A DNA stretch of 64,000 nt from Candidatus Altimarinota bacterium. GTDB lineage: Bacteria; Patescibacteriota; Gracilibacteria; CAIRYL01. The position numbers and the translations under genes were made by a program. The stretch spans positions 576,001 to 640,000 of the forward strand of contig OZ252287.1 of assembly GCA_965250085.1 (NCBI GenBank), written 5' to 3'. Numbering within the stretch: the stretch's first letter is position 1; the number at the start of each line of letters is the position of its first letter. This document shows positions 60,364 through 64,000 of this stretch, piece by piece. The notes beneath the pieces are model-generated. The model did no database searches. It worked only from the letters and a program-made list of their open reading frames with translations, and was not told where the DNA came from.

Positions 60364-62493
60364 TTATGAGGGGATTAAAAAGCATACAGTAGCTCCTCCC
60401 CCTGGAGTATTTTCCGCCCAAATCTTGCCACTATGGAGTTTTATTATCTTCTTGCAAAGGTAGAGACCCAGTCCTATCCCCATGCCCATGGTGGCATTTG
60501 TGGTCTGAAACTTATCAAAAACGCTTTCTTTATCTCCATCTGTTATTCCATTTCCATTATCTTGAACACAAATCTTTATGTGATTTTTTTCTTTCGAAAG
60601 CACAAGGTTGATTTTTCCGCCTGAAGGAGTAAATTTCATAGCATTTCCCAAAAGATTGTGAAGCACTTGTCGAATCTGTTCTACATCAATAGAGAGAGTC
60701 TGTTTTTTCTTAAGATTATCTTTAAAAGAAAACTTGTAGGACTTTTCCTTCATCAGAGAAGTAAATTCTTCCGTAATTTCCTGAAGAAAATGAGCGATAT
60801 CAATTTCTTGTGAGAAATATTGTATTTTTCCAAGTTCATACTGTTGTACTTCAAAAAATTTTTCTGTGAGATTTTTGAGATCTTCCAACGCACGAGAAAT
60901 AGTTTTTGTGTCTGAGATAAATTCCGTATCTTCCTCATGTGTATCAATTACATCTTGTAGCTTAAATATTGCAATACTCAGAGGTGTCCTGAGCTCATGT
61001 GCCGCAAGAGTCATAAAATCAGACTGTTGCCTTACCAGTGTTTTTAGTTTTTCTGTTTTTTCTCGGATAATGAATTTGAGCATATCTTTTTCTTCTTCAA
61101 AATTATTCTGGAGAAGAATATTCATGAATGTTGTTTCTAGATTTGGAATGCATTCAAGAATGCTCTCAATTTCTTCCTTTGTGTAAGATGCATCTTTTTC
61201 TTTGTATCCCAGTATAAATATTCCAATAAGCTTTTCTTCTGCAAACAGTGGAAAGCAGAGAGCAACATCGAGCTTTTTGAGAGCAAAGAGTTCAACCTCT
61301 CTTCTTTTTTTTGAGACTGGATTTTTCAGAAAGATTTCCTCTGCCACAAGGACTTTCTTCTTCTTTGTTAACCCTTTTGTAAATTGATTTTTCACATAGA
61401 CAGGAACAGCTATGTTTTTTTTCGTATTTCTGAGTACAAAAACTCTTGCATTTGGAATGTTGAGTTTCATTTCAAAAGTTTGATCCAATAAAGATTGGAG
61501 GTGTTTATATGTGGTGCATGCATATATTTTTGTTCGAAACTTTCGAAGAGCGTTTTTAAAATTTCGAAGGTCAGAAGGAAGAAATTGTGGAAATATTTTG
61601 GAAACTTCTACAAAAGCCCCAAGGGCGATCAGCCCACTGATAATATCTCTAAAAACATGGCTCTTCATGAGAGAAAACATACTGATGCCCTGGTACATAA
61701 GGTAGAAGATAACAAGAAATACACTAAGTAATATGATTTTTCTCACAATATTAAGAGTAATGCTGGAGAGATTAAAGAATCTATACCTATGAATTGAATA
61801 AAAACAAGAGATAACAATAGGGGTTATCCAAACATAGCTATAGATAAATTGAGATTGTATGCCAAAAACGGGGAGTATCCCGTTGCTAACAATCAGAATG
61901 CTAATTGCTATAATAAAGACCCAGAAAGCATTTTCAAATTTCAATTTTTCTAAACCTTGTAAGGAATTCATTTTTTTGAATCCAAGAAAAAAGGTGGTAA
62001 TTAGATAAATAAAAACGTGACTCATATAGATCCAGTATGCTTCTCCAAGTTCTACGTTTGGACCTGCCTCTGTCATAACCTCATTTTTATCTACAAGGGG
62101 TGTAAGCGTTGTGAGGATGGAAAACAATATGACCTCTGCAAACACCACCTTCTTGAGCAAAGGCGAGAATTTAATGGTTTCACGGGGAAAATTGTAGAAA
62201 AATAAAGGAAGACCAAAGAAAAAGAACAGACCTACTGCATAGTTGAGTCTGCCTACGAGCAAAAGATGATCTCCCAAATCGAGATATATGTACATGTACA
62301 GTGTTACTGTCCATAGCAACAAGCCAGCAGAGAATATGGCAAAAGATCTATTGATCCATGCTTTCTTGTTTTGCACTAGAGTAATAACAAGCAACACTAG
62401 ATACAAAATAGTCGTAATGATGTATCCAAGTTTCACCATCTTCTTTGGGTAACGATGATAGGCGAATTGTATCAATTCAAACGGAAAACTCAA
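60364..62493 (-). CDS. Sensor histidine kinase: multi-TM (HisKA_7TM-like) + GAF + HisKA + HATPase
   Basis: Many TM segments; LCFPLFAEEKLIGIFILG GAF; AAHELRTPL, NLLGNAMKF, DNGNGI, GIGLGL; start may be 62439. Confidence 0.92.
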   Translation of the reverse strand: MSFPFELIQFAYHRYPKKMVKLGYIITTILYLVLLVITLVQNKKAWINRSFAIFSAGLLLWTVTLYMYIYLDLGDHLLLVGRLNYAVGLFFFFGLPLFFYNFPRETIKFSPLLKKVVFAEVILFSILTTLTPLVDKNEVMTEAGPNVELGEAYWIYMSHVFIYLITTFFLGFKKMNSLQGLEKLKFENAFWVFIIAISILIVSNGILPVFGIQSQFIYSYVWITPIVISCFYSIHRYRFFNLSSITLNIVRKIILLSVFLVIFYLMYQGISMFSLMKSHVFRDIISGLIALGAFVEVSKIFPQFLPSDLRNFKNALRKFRTKIYACTTYKHLQSLLDQTFEMKLNIPNARVFVLRNTKKNIAVPVYVKNQFTKGLTKKKKVLVAEEIFLKNPVSKKRREVELFALKKLDVALCFPLFAEEKLIGIFILGYKEKDASYTKEEIESILECIPNLETTFMNILLQNNFEEEKDMLKFIIREKTEKLKTLVRQQSDFMTLAAHELRTPLSIAIFKLQDVIDTHEEDTEFISDTKTISRALEDLKNLTEKFFEVQQYELGKIQYFSQEIDIAHFLQEITEEFTSLMKEKSYKFSFKDNLKKKQTLSIDVEQIRQVLHNLLGNAMKFTPSGGKINLVLSKEKNHIKICVQDNGNGITDGDKESVFDKFQTTNATMGMGIGLGLYLCKKIIKLHSGKIWAENTPGGGATVCFLIPS

Positions 62494-62525
62494 TTGAAGA
62501 ATTTTCTGTCTGAATATTTGCTCTT

Positions 62526-63287
62526 TTAAAAATCTTGAAAAACAATGTCGGTGATTTTTAAATGATTTCTTGTAAATTCTATAGCCTTTTCAGGTGTGAA
62601 GTGCTTACACGTATAAATGTCGACAGCAAATCTACTGGTATCCCAATGGGCGATAGTTCCTGAGGTTTCCCAGTGCATCCATGCGGTTAGATTATGGATA
62701 ATGGGATCCGATAGTTTATCCATAAAAAGAACTTTGCATAAACTTTGCATATAATCTCTTATTTGTGCTTCAGAGATTGATTCGCTGAGAATGCCTGCTA
62801 TTGATAATCGCTGTCTCAATATATGAGGTGCCAACTCTCTCCAAGTTTCAGCTCCTGGATTCTGCATCGTTTTATGGACAGTGGTTTCACTTGGAGCGCC
62901 AAAAAAACTCCTAGTATGATCAACGACGGAGGGAATATTTGGAAGTGAAGCAGGTGTAGAAATGTCCACGCTCACAAAAGGGTATGTTTCTTTCTCCTCT
63001 TCATCCCAGGCATAAAGATGGATAGCAGATTGATCTTCTAATGGTACCCAACCCGAAAGTCCATATTTTGGAGAGAGATGAGTTTCTGGAATTCGTATTG
63101 GTTGAATATTTAAGGTGTCGGAAAGCTCTTTTAAATATCTTTGAATTTTTTCAACGCTAGTATCCCCAGAGCTCACGGGCTCTGGGAAAGTAGCTTCTAT
63201 TACGAGCGTGTCCCTCGGGAATGGCGATATCCCTTTTGCAGATTCTGCTTCTTTTGCCGTAGGGATATCTGTTGTATTTTGTGTCAT
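62526..63287 (-). CDS. Tandem S-adenosylmethionine decarboxylase (SpeD)-like protein
   Basis: Two repeats: GLSGWVPLEDQSAIHLYAW...VSVDIST and AWMHWETSG...FAVDIYTCKHF. Confidence 0.7.
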   Translation of the reverse strand: MTQNTTDIPTAKEAESAKGISPFPRDTLVIEATFPEPVSSGDTSVEKIQRYLKELSDTLNIQPIRIPETHLSPKYGLSGWVPLEDQSAIHLYAWDEEEKETYPFVSVDISTPASLPNIPSVVDHTRSFFGAPSETTVHKTMQNPGAETWRELAPHILRQRLSIAGILSESISEAQIRDYMQSLCKVLFMDKLSDPIIHNLTAWMHWETSGTIAHWDTSRFAVDIYTCKHFTPEKAIEFTRNHLKITDIVFQDF

Positions 63288-63313
63288 AAAGGAATTTTAT
63301 TTTCTTATCAAAA

Positions 63314-64000
63314 TCAAGCTGTAGACAGAGTAATTTGATTCACAGGTGGCATCATTCCTTCAACAAACTTTCTTAAATTTTGAAAAGTTATTACTGTTTT
63401 CGTATTTTTATCTGCATATACATCTTGAAAGCCCCAAGCAGACCCCATGATCTTATGTGCCTTGCTTCCCAAAGATGTATAGTTAATGGCGGGAGGATCC
63501 TCTCCTTCCATTTCTTGCAATGCACGGGAAAGCATACTGTGAGCAAGTGGTATAGCCATGCCTGAGCTCCTATGGGGCAATGCAATGCCCCATTCTGACA
63601 TATAAAATACCTGAGATTCATCAGAAATATCGTCATCCGTGCAATCACTCACTTTTTGTAAATATGTTTCGTATTCCAATCCAGGAAACATATCTGCAAG
63701 TTTATCTTCCCAAATCTGTTGAAAGTTTGTATACCAACCATAACAAAATCCAACGAGTGATTGTTGTTGTCTGGAAAAAAGAAAGATAGCGAATATCTGT
63801 TTCTGAAAACTCTCAATAATGCTCTGTAATGTTTTTTGTATAGGGTAAAATAAGCCCATGGGCTCAGAGCATGCTGGACATAAATAATCAGAGGGATTTA
63901 CCGGCCTCGTTCTTTCTAATTCAACCAAGGATGAGTTTTGTTGGCTTAGTGAAATATAAACATCCGATATACCAAGTACTTCTGAGCAACTTCTACGAAC
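63314..64000 (-). CDS. GNAT-fold acyltransferase-like protein with a Cys motif (5' end beyond window)
   Basis: LVGFCYG, FYMSEWGIALPHRSSGMA (motif A-like), WGF; CPAC; frame open to the window end. Confidence 0.6.
   Translation of the reverse strand, partial: VRRSCSEVLGISDVYISLSQQNSSLVELERTRPVNPSDYLCPACSEPMGLFYPIQKTLQSIIESFQKQIFAIFLFSRQQQSLVGFCYGWYTNFQQIWEDKLADMFPGLEYETYLQKVSDCTDDDISDESQVFYMSEWGIALPHRSSGMAIPLAHSMLSRALQEMEGEDPPAINYTSLGSKAHKIMGSAWGFQDVYADKNTKTVITFQNLRKFVEGMMPPVNQITLSTA

Noticed and set aside
1-64000. Genetic code 25 (TGA=Gly) as in Gracilibacteria
   Set aside because: Long conserved genes have no in-frame TGA, and several genes end in TGA.
1-64000. CRISPR array, rRNA or reverse transcriptase
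   Set aside because: No regularly spaced repeats, rRNA-like sequence or RT motifs were seen.

Overview
AT-rich chromosomal window read with the standard code (TGA is stop). The gene mix (PilT, DUF3352-like protein, extended L31/S20, many orphan proteins) suggests Patescibacteria/CPR, possibly Peregrinibacteria-like; this is inference only. The backbone carries dnaX, rpmE, fumC, guaB, pilT, rlmH, dnaJ (with a CIRCE-like operator), nrnA, carB, a FtsQ/DacA/M23 cluster, glmS, rpsT, ftsH, ribD, a TyrA-PheA fusion, a UvrD-nuclease fusion and serS. It also has tRNA-Leu(TAG), tRNA-Ala(GGC) and two 1042-bp IS30 copies with 3-bp target duplications. A visibly GC-richer island of about 9.5 kb follows tRNA-Ala. 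It holds a broken large serine recombinase whose frame runs antisense through the tRNA, secreted Ig-like/M23 cargo, and a tyrosine integrase next to an apparently un-recombined attP (tRNA-Thr core flanked by arm repeats). The best candidate for a new system is at 57.2-64 kb. A GNAT protein and a tandem AdoMetDC-like protein lie co-oriented upstream of a multi-TM/GAF histidine kinase. Beside them are two single-domain receivers, a kinase-dead His-phosphotransferase-like protein and two OmpR-type regulators, suggesting a signal synthase coupled to a multi-step phosphorelay. A possible remote DGR target (CLec-like C-terminus) lies at 46.5-47.5 kb.
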